DNA of 63,291 nucleotides, counting the filler, from Pelomyxa schiedti (lineage: Eukaryota > Protista > Evosea): the NCBI GenBank assembly GCA_020536535.1. It is 6 parts of 6 records of this genome, joined end to end, with 100 filler letters (N's around TTAATTAATTAA, not from the genome) between each part and the next. Parts side by side here need not be neighbours in the genome. Positions count along the whole stretch, not along the records: positions 1 to 14,833 come from JAHLWZ010000478.1; 5 more parts are not named here. One strand, given 5' to 3'. Positions 1 to 11,112 of this stretch are shown here, in pieces (within the stretch, counting starts at the first letter, position 1; each line of letters opens with the position of its first letter). The notes beneath the pieces were generated by a model that had not been told where the DNA came from, made no database searches, and saw only the letters and a list, made by a program, of their open reading frames with translations. A program made the position numbers and the translations under genes.

Positions 1-590
1 GTTGTAACTGGATCAAGTGGCATGCGGCTGAGCAGCTTTGTCAAGGCCGTGTCCGTGGGGTGCACTTGGATGTCGAATATGATCCTATCTACCGGCTGCA
101 GACAGCACAGCGCCCTCCTTATTCTGAACGCAACAAAGTCATACTGTGGAACACCACTGGACTTCGGGTGTGCAGGCCTCTCAGGGAGCTGCACTTGGTA
201 GTACTCTGCCTCATTGTAAATGGCATCAACGTTGATGCACGGTGGGACGATGAGCTTGCCTGTCCTCATGAAATCAAGGATGGGTGCAAACAAATCCCCG
301 TTCCTGTCAATGAAGTACGCTCCCGTTTCGTCCCTTCCACAAGTTTATGTTATGTTATGTATTCGCCGCAGGAAGTAATTTTTTTGGGGGTGTTTCCAAA
401 TGAACAAACGACGTGACACTTACAAAGTACTTGGGATCCTCCCAGAGAGGAGGACAGTGAAGAATGATGACCCGCCGTTTGGGCCAGCGCCCATCGCCAG
501 TGTTGTCCTTGTTGTGCAGAACACCTTCCCGCCAACATTCAGCCGAACCAGTTCATTCGGTGTCGTCGAACCGTTGCTTCCACTATTCAT
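1..590 (-). CDS. BTB/POZ (KCTD-like) protein, 3'-truncated at window start; one intron
   Basis: Spliced translation MNSGSNGSTTPNELVRLNVGGKVFCTTRTTL...|RDETGAYFIDRNGDLFAPILDFMRTGKL has the KCTD-type BTB motifs (LNVGG, YFIDR, ILDFxRTG). Confidence 0.9.
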
Positions 591-643
591 CAGAAAAAAA
601 TAAATGTTGATAAGAATGTTTTTTTTGTTGTTACTTTCATGTG

Positions 644-1927
644 TTAGAGGCTATTTACAATAAAGGTCGGTTCTGAGTAACACTCGCTCAGCGTGCAAAC
701 ATGGCAGTCATGGGAGTCTGTTATATCAATGGTATTTGTCTCAGGTGCTTTGTGTTGGTGAAAGATGAACCCTGAATGAGCAACAAATTGAAGAGGGAGG
801 GAGTTCGGTCCAGGTTGAAGAGTCCTCAGTGGTGCGGAGGTGTTGTTGCAGTCCCACACTTCTATGCTTCCATCACTCCTTGAGGTGCAAAAAAGAGAGG
901 AGCTCAGCTGTGACAGCTTCAGTACCTCTGGGGAAATTATTCTACAACTCCCAGTGCCCTCTGTGACTTCATAAAGGCATCGGTTCTCACTGTCATGCAG
1001 CAGCAGAACACGTTTACAAGCTGGAGGATGTAACCTCATTACAAGGGCACGCGTTGAGGCAAAATAAAGAATGTCGGGTGACAGCCACCTTGTGGTACTC
1101 AGCACCACAGTTGTGTTGGTTATGTAGGTAGACTTCACATCAATAAGGACCAGCAGTAGCTCAGCAGTGGCCAGGCTATCAAACACCAGGAGAGCCTCAT
1201 CAGGGATACTGTTGTTGAAAGAAACATGACTACATTCCAGTTGCTTCCATTCAGAGTACTCTGAATCAGAGTGTCCCTCGTATGGAGGACACACAACAGT
1301 CAGAACACCATGTTGTTGTGGTTGTTGCTCATCAGCCTGGTGGAACACATTACTCTGATCACTCAAGTCAGCAACAATTAATGAGGGCACACCACTCAGA
1401 TTCCGAAAATGATACAGCCACCACTTGTTGTTGGCATTGTGTCCATAGGAGAAACCAGGCCCCTGAAACAAAACACGTGACGATGACGTCATATATGTTG
1501 CACTTTTCACCAATGAATTCACAACGCAGAATTTGCTAATGGTGCCGGAACTTATCGACCCCTGTACCACCAATTGGTCGGGACCAATTGGGTGCGGGGT
1601 TCTCCACATATCGTCGTATTTCTTTTTAATTCCTGTCAGATGTTCCAAGTTGGCGTCTCTCAGCCTGAACGTGCTCCTCGTCACGCCCATCAGCGCCGTG
1701 GAGATTCCGAGAATGACGTAGTGCATGACGTTGTAGATGCCGAAAAAGATTGACACGCCAAAAACAATCTCAGAGTCGTGGAGGCACCAGTCCCAAAAGG
1801 GCGCAGTTGCGAGGGGCGGTAGAGACACGAAGTGGCGCGCGGGGCTCGCTGCACCACACCGATTGTGGGACGCCATCACCATTGCTCGAAGTTGGTCCCG
1901 GGCGTTGAGCCGCACCACGTTGGTCAT
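644..1927 (-). CDS. Lineage-specific family protein (N-terminal 'ARDQ...SHNRCGAASPAR' motif, beta-rich C-terminus)
   Basis: Long intronless ORF; N-terminal ~60 aa nearly identical to ORF 7994-9154; first ATG at 1927. Confidence 0.75.
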   Translation of the reverse strand: MTNVVRLNARDQLRAMVMASHNRCGAASPARHFVSLPPLATAPFWDWCLHDSEIVFGVSIFFGIYNVMHYVILGISTALMGVTRSTFRLRDANLEHLTGIKKKYDDMWRTPHPIGPDQLVVQGSISSGTISKFCVVNSLVKSATYMTSSSRVLFQGPGFSYGHNANNKWWLYHFRNLSGVPSLIVADLSDQSNVFHQADEQQPQQHGVLTVVCPPYEGHSDSEYSEWKQLECSHVSFNNSIPDEALLVFDSLATAELLLVLIDVKSTYITNTTVVLSTTRWLSPDILYFASTRALVMRLHPPACKRVLLLHDSENRCLYEVTEGTGSCRIISPEVLKLSQLSSSLFCTSRSDGSIEVWDCNNTSAPLRTLQPGPNSLPLQFVAHSGFIFHQHKAPETNTIDITDSHDCHVCTLSECYSEPTFIVNSL

Positions 1928-2151
1928 TAATTTTTTTGTTCCGTTGATTCTTGCCCTTAGAAATTTAGATTTTTTTGTCTTTCTTTTCAATTTTCAATTT
2001 TTACAGCTGGCTTGTTTGATGTTTGTGCTGGATTTTGCTTTTGCTTGTGGTGTTTGGACTTGGGAAATTCCTGTCGCTTGTTTAGTGTTGCGGACTTTTC
2101 GTTTGGTATGTTGGTTTGGCTGGCCTGGTGGCTGTGTCTAAATGACTGTGG

Positions 2152-5100
2152 TTATGACTTGTGGGAGTGCTGTGGCATTTGGGGTGGTTGGTTGTTGTGA
2201 TTGTGGGAATGTGCAATTGGCTGAAGAGGGAGGATTGCCGGGTTTGTTGATGTTGTCGCGGCTGTTGTTGATGAGGACGAGGAGGAACTGCCGCCGCTGC
2301 TGCCGCCTGTGAGGGCTTGTGATGATGTAGAAGCCGGCGGCGCGAGGGTGATTATGGGAATGGGTGATGCTGAGCGCGATGAGCGTTTGTGTGGACTGAG
2401 TGCCTGTTCGAGACCAAGGTGCTTAATAATACTCATTTCTGCGGAAAAGGATTAGAATTCATGTTGGGATAAGCAAAAGAAACAAAATAAAGAAGATGGT
2501 GGGATAAGAGCAAAAAGAAATTAGAGAAAGAAGAAGATTGCGTTACCGTCATTTGTGAAATTGAATAGTGCCGGCATTGGAGTTCCAGAACTGTCATAAA
2601 CGTAGTTTCCATTCCGCAATTCGTCAAAGAACGTGTGCGCACAAATTTCAAATGCAAGTGGCCGTTTTGCTGGAGTGTAAGTTAAAATCCGCGCAAGTAG
2701 ATCAATAGCTTCCGGTGTTCCGTTTTTAAATACCTGCAAATTGGTTAAAATTGAATTGACAATGAATGAGCGGGATATCGTCTACCAACTTCCACGGATG
2801 TGGCTTTAAATCGGGGAAGTTATAGGAAGGATAGCTTTTGTTCATGGATTGTATTTGCTCACAGGTTGGTGTTCCAAGAACCTACAGAGAAAGATGTTGG
2901 AACTTACATGTTTAAGGGTACGGAAAAGAAATACCTTGATAATTTCAACAAGTTGGTCAACACTGGTCTCACCCGGAAATAAAGGTTGCCCAATGATCAA
3001 CTCCGCCATAACACACCTGACATGATGTAATTAGCCATTATCATAAATATGATTGGAACATACCCCATTGACCAAACGTCTTGTGAGATATGGGAAAATT
3101 TTTGGATCAGAAAACAGATCATTAAATTGGGAAAAATTACCAACTGCAGTTGAGTAGTTCGAAGCTCCAAATATCAGTTCAGGAGCCCGATAATAGCGAG
3201 AACATATGTATGAAACATTGGTCTCTCCTTTTTGCAAGACCTGTGGGAGCAGGTTGGTGAAACAAGGTACTTATGGAGCTAAAAGCGGTCTTGTACCTTT
3301 GCACTGCCAAAATCGATTAACTTTAAAATACCAGTGCTTGGGTCAACAAGCTAGAGGCAATCAGAGCGAGTAATAGGGGCGGAAATCTACCAAATTTTGA
3401 GGTTTAATATCCCTGTGGCACACGTTAAAAGCGTGAATGTAGCCCAAGGCCCTTGCCAGCTGGTACATATACAGCTGTATGTAGTGTTTTGGTTTATGAA
3501 GTCTTCACAAACGACAAAAAAATACCTTTACGAGAGGAATGGGAAATTGTTGCTTTCGTTTAACATAATCTCGGGAACACTTGTACAGGGTCTCAGGCAC
3601 ATATTCAAGAACCAAATTAAGGTATACATCATCCCCCTTGGTGAAGGTGTGAACTCAACCAGGGAAAAAAAAAGTAGGAAGAGACCTTGGGCCCTTGAAT
3701 GTAAAAGCTATTTTTCAGGTCCACGATATTTGGGTGGTGAAGGGCTCTCATAATTTGTAGCTCTCTATTCTAAAAATATGTTACGACACTCTGGGATTTC
3801 CTTGTCAAGATACCTTGTAGCGTTTATCCTGCAAAACTCTCTTGATTGCTACTAGTTCTCCTCCAACTTCACAATGGCCCAATAGTACAATGCCAAATGA
3901 GCCATTACCAACAACTTTATCAACACTATAGACAACGCCATTTGCTCGTATAGTGTGGGGAAGTGGTTCTAACCAACTCATTAACGAATTTTGCCCGCTG
4001 TCTGCTGGATTTTGTGGCCTATGGTGGGAGAAGGAGTGGAGAACAGAGGCAAATTAAGAAAAAAAAAAAACCAGGACATATACACTCAACCTCGTATCAT
4101 GTGCTCTGGTGTCTCTGCTGTGTCCTACAATTTTGTTGTCAATTATCCGCATTGAAGCTGATGAAAAACAAAAGAGGAGGCAATAACTTACTGGCTGGTA
4201 GAGCTCTTGGATCCCTTGTATCCTTAGTGGGACCTCCCAAGGGTAGCGTCGAAGAGGGTTGAAGGGGGGCAGTACTGGTAGCCTGCTGTAGAGGAGGCAA
4301 AGTAACTCCAGATACCGCCGGAGTTCCACTAGAAAACACATTCCTTCCCAGCCCACCACTGTACGACTTGCCCTTGTTAGTCAGAGCCTGTATTGCCCCT
4401 CCGCAAGTATTCGCCCCAGACGCCGCCAAAGCTGCCGTATTAGCAGTGCCGCTCGCAGTTGCAATGGAATTAGTAGACACAGGTCCCGAACTGCTCGTAG
4501 ACCCGTTAATAGCTCCCATCGAAGATGACCCAGAAATTCCACCGCCGCTTCCCAGCCCCGACGGAGCCGAGCTACTCGGAACCAGCGCGCCGCGGTGCTG
4601 ATGGTGGTGGTTGCTCTGGCTCATGCCCATGTTCGGGTTCAGGTTCTGGCTTGTAGATAGCACGCTCGGCGAAGCCGCCCTGTTGACAGTGCTGAGGCTC
4701 CCGCTGCTCGCGCTGTGCTGCATCACAACATCAGGAGACGCCGAGGATGACACAGAGGAGGCAGAGGACGACGCCGGGAGCGACATCGACGGCGACGGGA
4801 CCACGGTGTTGGGAGTGGGAGCGGGAGTAGGAGTCACTCCGGACATCAGCGAGACGGACGAGGAGGAGTTGGACAGCGAGGGGGGCGGCGGGCTGGGGGC
4901 GGAGAGGTACAGGGGGTCCAGTGTCATCATCATGGACCGGCCCCCGGTCGTCGTTACTGACGAGGAAGCTGGGATTGAGGGTGGTGATGACGATGTCAGT
5001 TTGCTACTCCCGCTGCCGCCGCCACGGTCGCGGTCAGATGGGTGGTATTGCTGCGGCGACTGCTGCTGGTTATTATTATTGTGGGAGTGGTGTGATGATG

Positions 5101-5374
5101 ACGGTAGTGGTTGGAGTGTGTCTGGTGACATTGGCTGGGCCGAGTTTTCGTCTATTTCGGCTGATTCTTGTTTGATTAATGCGTGCCTCGAGTGGTGTTG
5201 CTGTTGTTGGTGGGTGAAACTACCATTGTTGCTGGTAGTAGTGACACCACCGCCGTGGTTGCTTAGGCTCATTGTGGGAGTGAATACAGCACGGCCTCTT
5301 GATTTGTTTGTGAGTGCGACGAAATTTGTGAGAGGGAGGGTGTGGTTAAATGGTGAGGTCCCACGCGTGCCCAA
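2152..5374 (-). CDS. GSK3: Glycogen synthase kinase 3 (shaggy)-like Ser/Thr kinase with long low-complexity N-terminus; multi-exon
   Basis: Exons translate to [78 protein letters not shown]; GT-AG introns checked around 3240-3390. Confidence 0.93.
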
Positions 5375-5711
5375 AACCAGCGTTATGGGTGGTTGGCAAG
5401 GTGTGGTTTAATTTACGCTAAAGGCGTCGTTTCGGCCCGCAACCGGTTTGTTTGGGCGGTACTGTTGTTGTTAATAATACTGACCTAGAGAGTGGTCGCA
5501 CTGCCACGAGTAAATTTGATTTGGTTTTTTCTGGTTTTTTGTTTGCTTTTTTGATGAGGCCGGTGGTTTCGTTGTGTTTAGCGGAAAGTGGGTATTGTGT
5601 ATGTTGGTAGTACAAACCAACAAATGAGGGGGTGTGAAAATGGGTGTACAATGATGATGATGAGGGTGTGAGTGAGGTTGTTGGTTTGTTTGCTTGTTTG
5701 TGTGTGGATGA

Positions 5712-7843
5712 CTACATGTCAGATACGCTCCACTTGTAGGCTTCTTCTTGAATGGCGACGGCGTGAGCTTTGGCTTCGAACAGTGTCTTCTCAAAGCCGT
5801 TGCTGCGGTCGACGCCATCCCATAAGTAATCCGGCTCGATGTTGAAGCGGTTGGGCTGCGGAGGTGGACCGCTGCGTGGGGGTAAAGGTAAGTCTAGGTG
5901 TAGGCTTTTGTTTTTTAGGGAAGGATCACTTGCCTGTATTTTGGTCTCATTGATTCGACTTTCTTTTTGGGTACGTGCTGCAGCATGGGATCGCCCCATC
6001 TGTCTTTCTCGCGCCGTTGCATATCCAGCGGAACATCGGTGAGGTATTGGGCAAAGGGTTTAGACTTCTCTTCAACTAGGCGCTGTGACATATCCATCTG
6101 AATACAGTTAGCGCCACCTGTTATTGGATGAATATTTGTTACCTGCTCTTGCTCCTGTACTTCGCCTTTACCCCATTTCTCGTTGTCTTCTTCTTTTTGT
6201 TTCATTTTGGCTTCCTGCCTTTGGAGTTCCTCTAAATATTCCAGCTTGCGTCCTATACTTCTTAGTATATAACTTAACTATTGTGAGGATAGGCACCATG
6301 TTTGTCTCTGAATACTGGCTCGTTTCCTTTTCCCAGTAGCGAGGGATCAACGTTGTTGAATTTGGATTCTTCTTCACGCTTCCTTTGGTCGTCCATAGCT
6401 CGAGCACTATTCTGAAATGAGTTGTAATTCAATGACTGATGCAGAGTCATACTCTTTGGAGGAAGTTAAACCGGCAGTAAAACCGCAGACAAGTTTAGCT
6501 TTTTGTTGAACAAGTGACGCGGAAGCAAACGCGGAAGCAGCTTTTTTTTGCATCAATTAGTTCACTTCATCAACAGGGAAGGAAATAGTAACCTGCAGAT
6601 GGGATTGGCATTTGGTCAGTTTTGGGTTCTGTTGCCGGAACATCCGGTTCTGCACCGATTTCAGGGGAGTCAAGTCTTGCCCCTCTTGGTGAGTCTTCAT
6701 CGCTTTCACTCTCAGCCGGCTCTGTATGTGGTTTCTTGCTCCTTGGTTCCTCCGTGGTGTGAGATTGAGAGACATCATTATTTCTCTTTCGGGGTAACTC
6801 AAGGTCATCTTCCCTCTTGGATGGGCGAGCTACATCAAGGTCGGTATCTCGTTGGCCGTGACGGGGTATGTCAAGGTCATCATCATCTCTTGGAATGGTC
6901 TTACTAGGGCGAGGCACATCAGAATCTTCAGTTCCACTGCGGTTCGAAGTACGGGGTATGTCAAGGTCGTCATCATCTCTTGGAATGATTTTACGAGGGC
7001 GAGGCACATCAATATCTTCGTCTTCTCTTTTAACTTTGGTATCACTTGAGTCAACAGAAACCCAACGTGAAGGAGTGTGGGCAGTAACTTTGCTTCGGTG
7101 AGTCTGAACTGCAATTGCTCTTTTGTCCTCGACAATCTGCGGCCGTTCGTCTGAGGAATGTGTTAAATGAAAAGGCAGAGATATGAGAAAAAAACATAAA
7201 ACACACCCTCAGGCTCACAGTCATCCAGTAACTCAATGGTTGTGGTGGCTGGTTTTTGTTTTGGAGTTGCCTTCACTTTTACATCCTCGTCAACAATGAC
7301 AAATTTCTGCTTCAAGTCAAACTTTCCTCTTCAAAGAACAAATAAAAAGAGAGTGTGGGATGTGAGATGTGAGAGGAAGAGCGTCCTGAACATAATTTGA
7401 GTGTGAAGAAATTTATTGTTGTTGGAGCAGGTGTTTTATTATAAACAAAATACTCATAAAATCTTAAAACATTAAGCAAAAAAGTTTGTTGCATAAAATT
7501 GTAAAACGAGAAACAAAAAAAAAAAAAAGAGTGAAGGTTTCTCATTACACACATTTGCGGTGCCAGATCCAGAGACATTCTTTTTCTTCTTTGTTTTTGC
7601 GTCGTGGGCCCTCGGCGCAGCCATGAAAGACGCCGACGACGTAGCGGACATGTACTTCTTCATCAAGTAGTCTCTGTTAGATGCTGCCGCCGCGGAAGAA
7701 GTTGGCGACGCCAGCGGTCGTTTTGCTGTTATGGGTTGTTTTTGGTGTTGCTGCTCCGACGTCGTGGGTTTCGATGTCCCATGAGTGGGTTTCGCTGGAG
7801 GTGCTCCTCGCGCAGACGACGGTAGACCCCGAGCGGCGTCCAT
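5712..7843 (-). CDS. BUD13: BUD13/CWC26 pre-mRNA retention and splicing (RES) complex subunit; multi-exon
   Basis: C-terminus PNRFNIEPDYLWDGVDRSNGFEK...AYKWSVSDM; N-terminal DYLMKKYMS; central DxDxPR repeats; WGDPM motif. Start could be 7882. Confidence 0.88.
6860..7025. repeat. Two ~90-nt-period tandem units inside BUD13 encoding DVPRPxKxIPRDDDDLDIPR
   Basis: cggggtatgtcaaggtc(a/g)tcatcatctcttggaatg...gggcgaggcacatc occurs twice. Confidence 0.85.
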
Positions 7844-7993
7844 CACTTCACAAAGATCTACAGTTGTAATGAAATTTTCCAAACGATGAAGGTGCCTGCT
7901 GAAGGTGATCCAAATGGCCTTTGAGCAGGCTGTTGTGGCTCACATGCCTACCCAGAACTATGTCCCTCGGGAGAAGCAAATCACAAGTTTTTG

Positions 7994-9154
7994 ATGAAAA
8001 TGCGGCGTTGTGACCAGGGCTTCGGGGCAGAAACGCCGCAGGCACGAAAACAACTTCTGGCGTTGATGATGGCATCCCACAATCGGTGTGGCGCTGCGAG
8101 CCCCGCGCGCCACTTCGTGTCCCTGCCCCAGCTCGCGACCGCGCCATTGTGGGACTGGTGCCTCCACGACTCCGAGATCGTTCTCGGCGCGGCCGTTGTC
8201 CTGCCCAATTCGGTCGGTTACTTCACGTTTGGAATCTCTTCGGCCTTGGGCAGTGTCAGCCGGGGAATCAGGTCATACAGCACGTGGAGAATTTCGCAGG
8301 TGCGCGGTTGCTCCGTCCTGACGTCATTCCTGCCCCATTGCTTGGTCGTGACGGAAGTGGGCAACACGCGAAGTCTGATGTCACTGAACCTGGCCACAAG
8401 ACAGCGCCGTTTGTTGGCCACAGAGGACAAATACAGGAAGAAAATCACTGGCTCTGCTGGGAATCACAAGTGGTGGCTGCGCTGCAACGGCGACGGCGTG
8501 TTGACTGTGGTGAGAATGACTGGTGTTGACGTCAGTAATGTGCACTGTGGCGGAATCTTCTGTCCTGATGATGGTACCCAGTGCGTTTTTATTTGCTTCA
8601 ACAAGTCACTTCCTGATGAAGCTGCCATTCTGGTTGTTCCTCCTTATGGAAGAAACAGCCCAGTAATCCTGGTTATCGATGTCAACCAGACATACAGCAG
8701 CAAGAACCTGACAGTATTGAGCAGCACAACTCTCATGTGTAACACTGTGCAGGCTTCCAGCATCACATCAGGCATCTCCATGATGAAATTCAATGGCCAG
8801 CGTGTTTTCTTTGTGGAGGCGGGGTTTTCAGACAAGGGCAAATATGTTCATGAAATCAATGAGTCTGGTACAATACAAAGGATTTCCCAAAACACCAAGG
8901 AACTGGCGCAGCTGAGTTACTCCCTCTTCTGCATCTCAAAGGGTGATGATCCCACCATTGAAATCTGGGACTGCAACAACACTGCTGCACCAATGAGGGT
9001 TCTCCCAGAATCGCACTTTGTGATTGCTGAATCGGGCTTCTTGTTCCACAACCACTGTAAGATCATTGATGTTACTGACTCCACTGGTTTTCGTGTTGCC
9101 ACTCTGACCTTTGCACGCGATGTGTCCGCTATTTTTGCCAATGCAATACTATGA
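7994..9154 (+). CDS. Lineage-specific family protein (paralog of 644-1927)
   Basis: Intronless 387-aa ORF sharing MASHNRCGAASPARHFVSLPxLATAPxWDWCLHDSEIV, NxKWW, PDEA and IEIWDCNNT motifs with 644-1927. Confidence 0.8.
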   Translation: MKMRRCDQGFGAETPQARKQLLALMMASHNRCGAASPARHFVSLPQLATAPLWDWCLHDSEIVLGAAVVLPNSVGYFTFGISSALGSVSRGIRSYSTWRISQVRGCSVLTSFLPHCLVVTEVGNTRSLMSLNLATRQRRLLATEDKYRKKITGSAGNHKWWLRCNGDGVLTVVRMTGVDVSNVHCGGIFCPDDGTQCVFICFNKSLPDEAAILVVPPYGRNSPVILVIDVNQTYSSKNLTVLSSTTLMCNTVQASSITSGISMMKFNGQRVFFVEAGFSDKGKYVHEINESGTIQRISQNTKELAQLSYSLFCISKGDDPTIEIWDCNNTAAPMRVLPESHFVIAESGFLFHNHCKIIDVTDSTGFRVATLTFARDVSAIFANAIL

Positions 9155-9235
9155 CTGAACTTCTTCCTTTTGGATTTATTTGAGAATAATCTACCACACA
9201 AAAACGAAGGCCAGCTTGGTCAGATGAAAAAGTGA

Positions 9236-9325
9236 TGCTCCGGGTGGGGAGCGAACCCACGACCTCAGCATGACTCAATACTGTTCTTATAAGTACCGCG
9301 CTCTAACCAACTGAGCTACCAGAGC
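9236..9325 (-). tRNA. tRNA-Ile(UAU) with 16-nt intron (9272-9287)
   Basis: GCTCTGG...CCGGAGC acceptor stem; CGGTA-CTTATA|intron|A-TGCTG anticodon arm; T-loop reads TTCGCTC. Confidence 0.9.
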
Positions 9326-9531
9326 ACTTGTTGAGGAGTTAAGCCCACACGTCGGGGCATTTATTACGAACTTTTTATACTGGGAACGACAGAGGGGGTT
9401 GTGGGGGATTGGTGGTGTTGGTGTCTGCTACGGTGTTGCGTTGGGTTATTTTTGGTTTGCGCGATGCTTTGTTTGTTTTGTTGTTGTTTATACTGGTTTA
9501 ATTGAAGGTGGGTCTGTGGTTACACTTTTGT

Positions 9532-10480
9532 TCAAGGTGGGTCATACTGCTGGTATCTCGGCTGGACGACGGCTGCTTTTTGGATAACGGCCTGGGTTGA
9601 CAACCCCAGAGCCGAGCGGACCTCCACTCGCGCAAGCTCTTGCGGGAGTGTCGAGGTGTGGAAGTTGTAGAGTCCAACGAGGGTTTTTGCTGCTGTCTTA
9701 GCAGAGTCCGGCGAGTTGGGGATTACGTTCAGGATCTTGTGAGGGTTTGCGTTTAGCTCGCACCAGAGGTCGGAGTTATGTCCGCATCTGTTTAGGATGT
9801 GCTTCATCGTTTCCGGAGAGTCACATCCATAGTGGCAAGTTGGGGCCACATCACAAAGATGTTGGTGGCTACTTGGAGGGCTTGATTGCGGATTGATGGT
9901 GGGATCCCAGGGGTGTTGAGGTTCTTGACTAAGTTGAGCCAGTTGGTTTCAGTTGGTGGAGTGTTCATGGCAGTGTGAAGTTTGTGGTGAAGGGGTTTGG
10001 TGGGTCGTTCTTGCATGATACTCCTGTAGATGTCAGTGGGAGTGCTCATGTGGGCTGGAATATGCTTATTGAGGAGGGCAATCTCCCAAATTGGGCTGGT
10101 GCCATCTTTGTTTGTGGGGTTGTGATAGGCTGAAACTGCTGTTGCAACGTTCCACCACATCATATCCACATCCTTGGACATGTTGGAATTGTGTGCTTTT
10201 ATGTGTAACAAGAATTTAATAATGATAATGTTTTGGTTTATTTCGTGTAGTGTTGGTGTGTTCTTATTGCTTTACTTTGTGTGTGTTGTCAGGTGGATTT
10301 GAGCCTGGCTTAAAAGGACACGCTTGTTCTAGAAGGTTCCAACAGCCACGTGGTCCAGAGTATTGGGGGGACCACTTTTCAACGCAGCCGAGCCAACGGC
10401 TTGAGGATTATCAACGGCAGCTGCTTGTGCTAGCCCCACCATGTGATATTTACTCTCGGCCTCCATTTCCAGTAACCATC
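9532..10480 (-). mobile_element. Degenerate non-LTR retrotransposon, 3' part (post-RT region plus CCHC zinc knuckle), frameshifted
   Basis: Overlapping ORFs 9804-10211 and 9532-9849 give GIPPSIRNQALQVATN...PTCHYGCDSPETMKHILNRC, typical of the L1/Tx1-like ORF2 C-terminus; upper boundary approximate. Confidence 0.7.
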
Positions 10481-10499
10481 ACGAATCTGCAAGTCAAGA

Positions 10500-10950
10500 T
10501 CAGATCTCTCACCCCCGAGATGATCAGATTCCTCCGACTCAGTGAGTTCATGTACTTTATGGAAGTACACAGAATGCCCCAGTCTTGGACTAACGATATT
10601 ACACACCTTATGCAAGACACTGAAGTGTACCTACCCTCTGGCATCCACTTCCCACTGAGGAGGGGAGTGCAGCAAGGCTGTCCACTCTCCCCTCTAATTT
10701 TCAATGTGGTAATAGACACACTCCTCATGAACCTACAATGCTCCCCAGCCAAACCCAAAGTGTCAGCTTATGCAGATGATATCTGCACTGCCTGGAGGAA
10801 CCTCAAGGACCTCAATACAGGAGCTCCAACCTTTGATCTTTATTGCCAGGCTACAGGAGCATCCTTGAACTTCCGCAAGACGGAAGTGCTGGCTGTGTCT
10901 CCCCCGTTAGCCAAGGACAAAACATCGACAGCCTGGCTGTGCCCAAAAAT
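10500..10950 (+). mobile_element. Non-LTR retrotransposon reverse transcriptase fragment
   Basis: RRGVQQGCPLSPLIFNVVID, YADD and ATGASLNFRKT RT motifs in ORF 10250-11053; boundaries approximate. Confidence 0.88.
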
Positions 10951-11030
10951 AAAGAAAATAACTATGGCTTCTGTTTTTTCTTTTTTGCAGACAAGACAGG
11001 AGATTGCCAATTCACCCAGAACAATTTTGA

Positions 11031-11112
11031 GCAGGTATGGCCGAGAGGTCTAAGGCGGAGGATTTAAGCTCATCTATCGTGAGATGCGTGGGTTCAAACC
11101 CCACTGCCTGCA
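11031..11112 (+). tRNA. tRNA-Leu(UAA)
   Basis: GCAGGTA/TGCCTGC acceptor stem, GCC-D loop-GGC, TTTAAGC anticodon loop, long variable arm, GTGGG-TTCAAAC-CCCAC; one G.A mismatch in the anticodon stem; T-run downstream. Confidence 0.82.

Noticed and set aside
4611-5411. 266-aa plus-strand ORF and similar antisense ORFs (e.g. 30516-31040, 40133-40819, 47545-48123)
   Set aside because: Antisense or off-frame shadows of GC-rich low-complexity coding exons; no domain signal.
10950-11053. RT ORF running into tRNA-Leu as a functional overlap
   Set aside because: RT similarity ends near 10950; the remainder is chance open frame through flank and tRNA.
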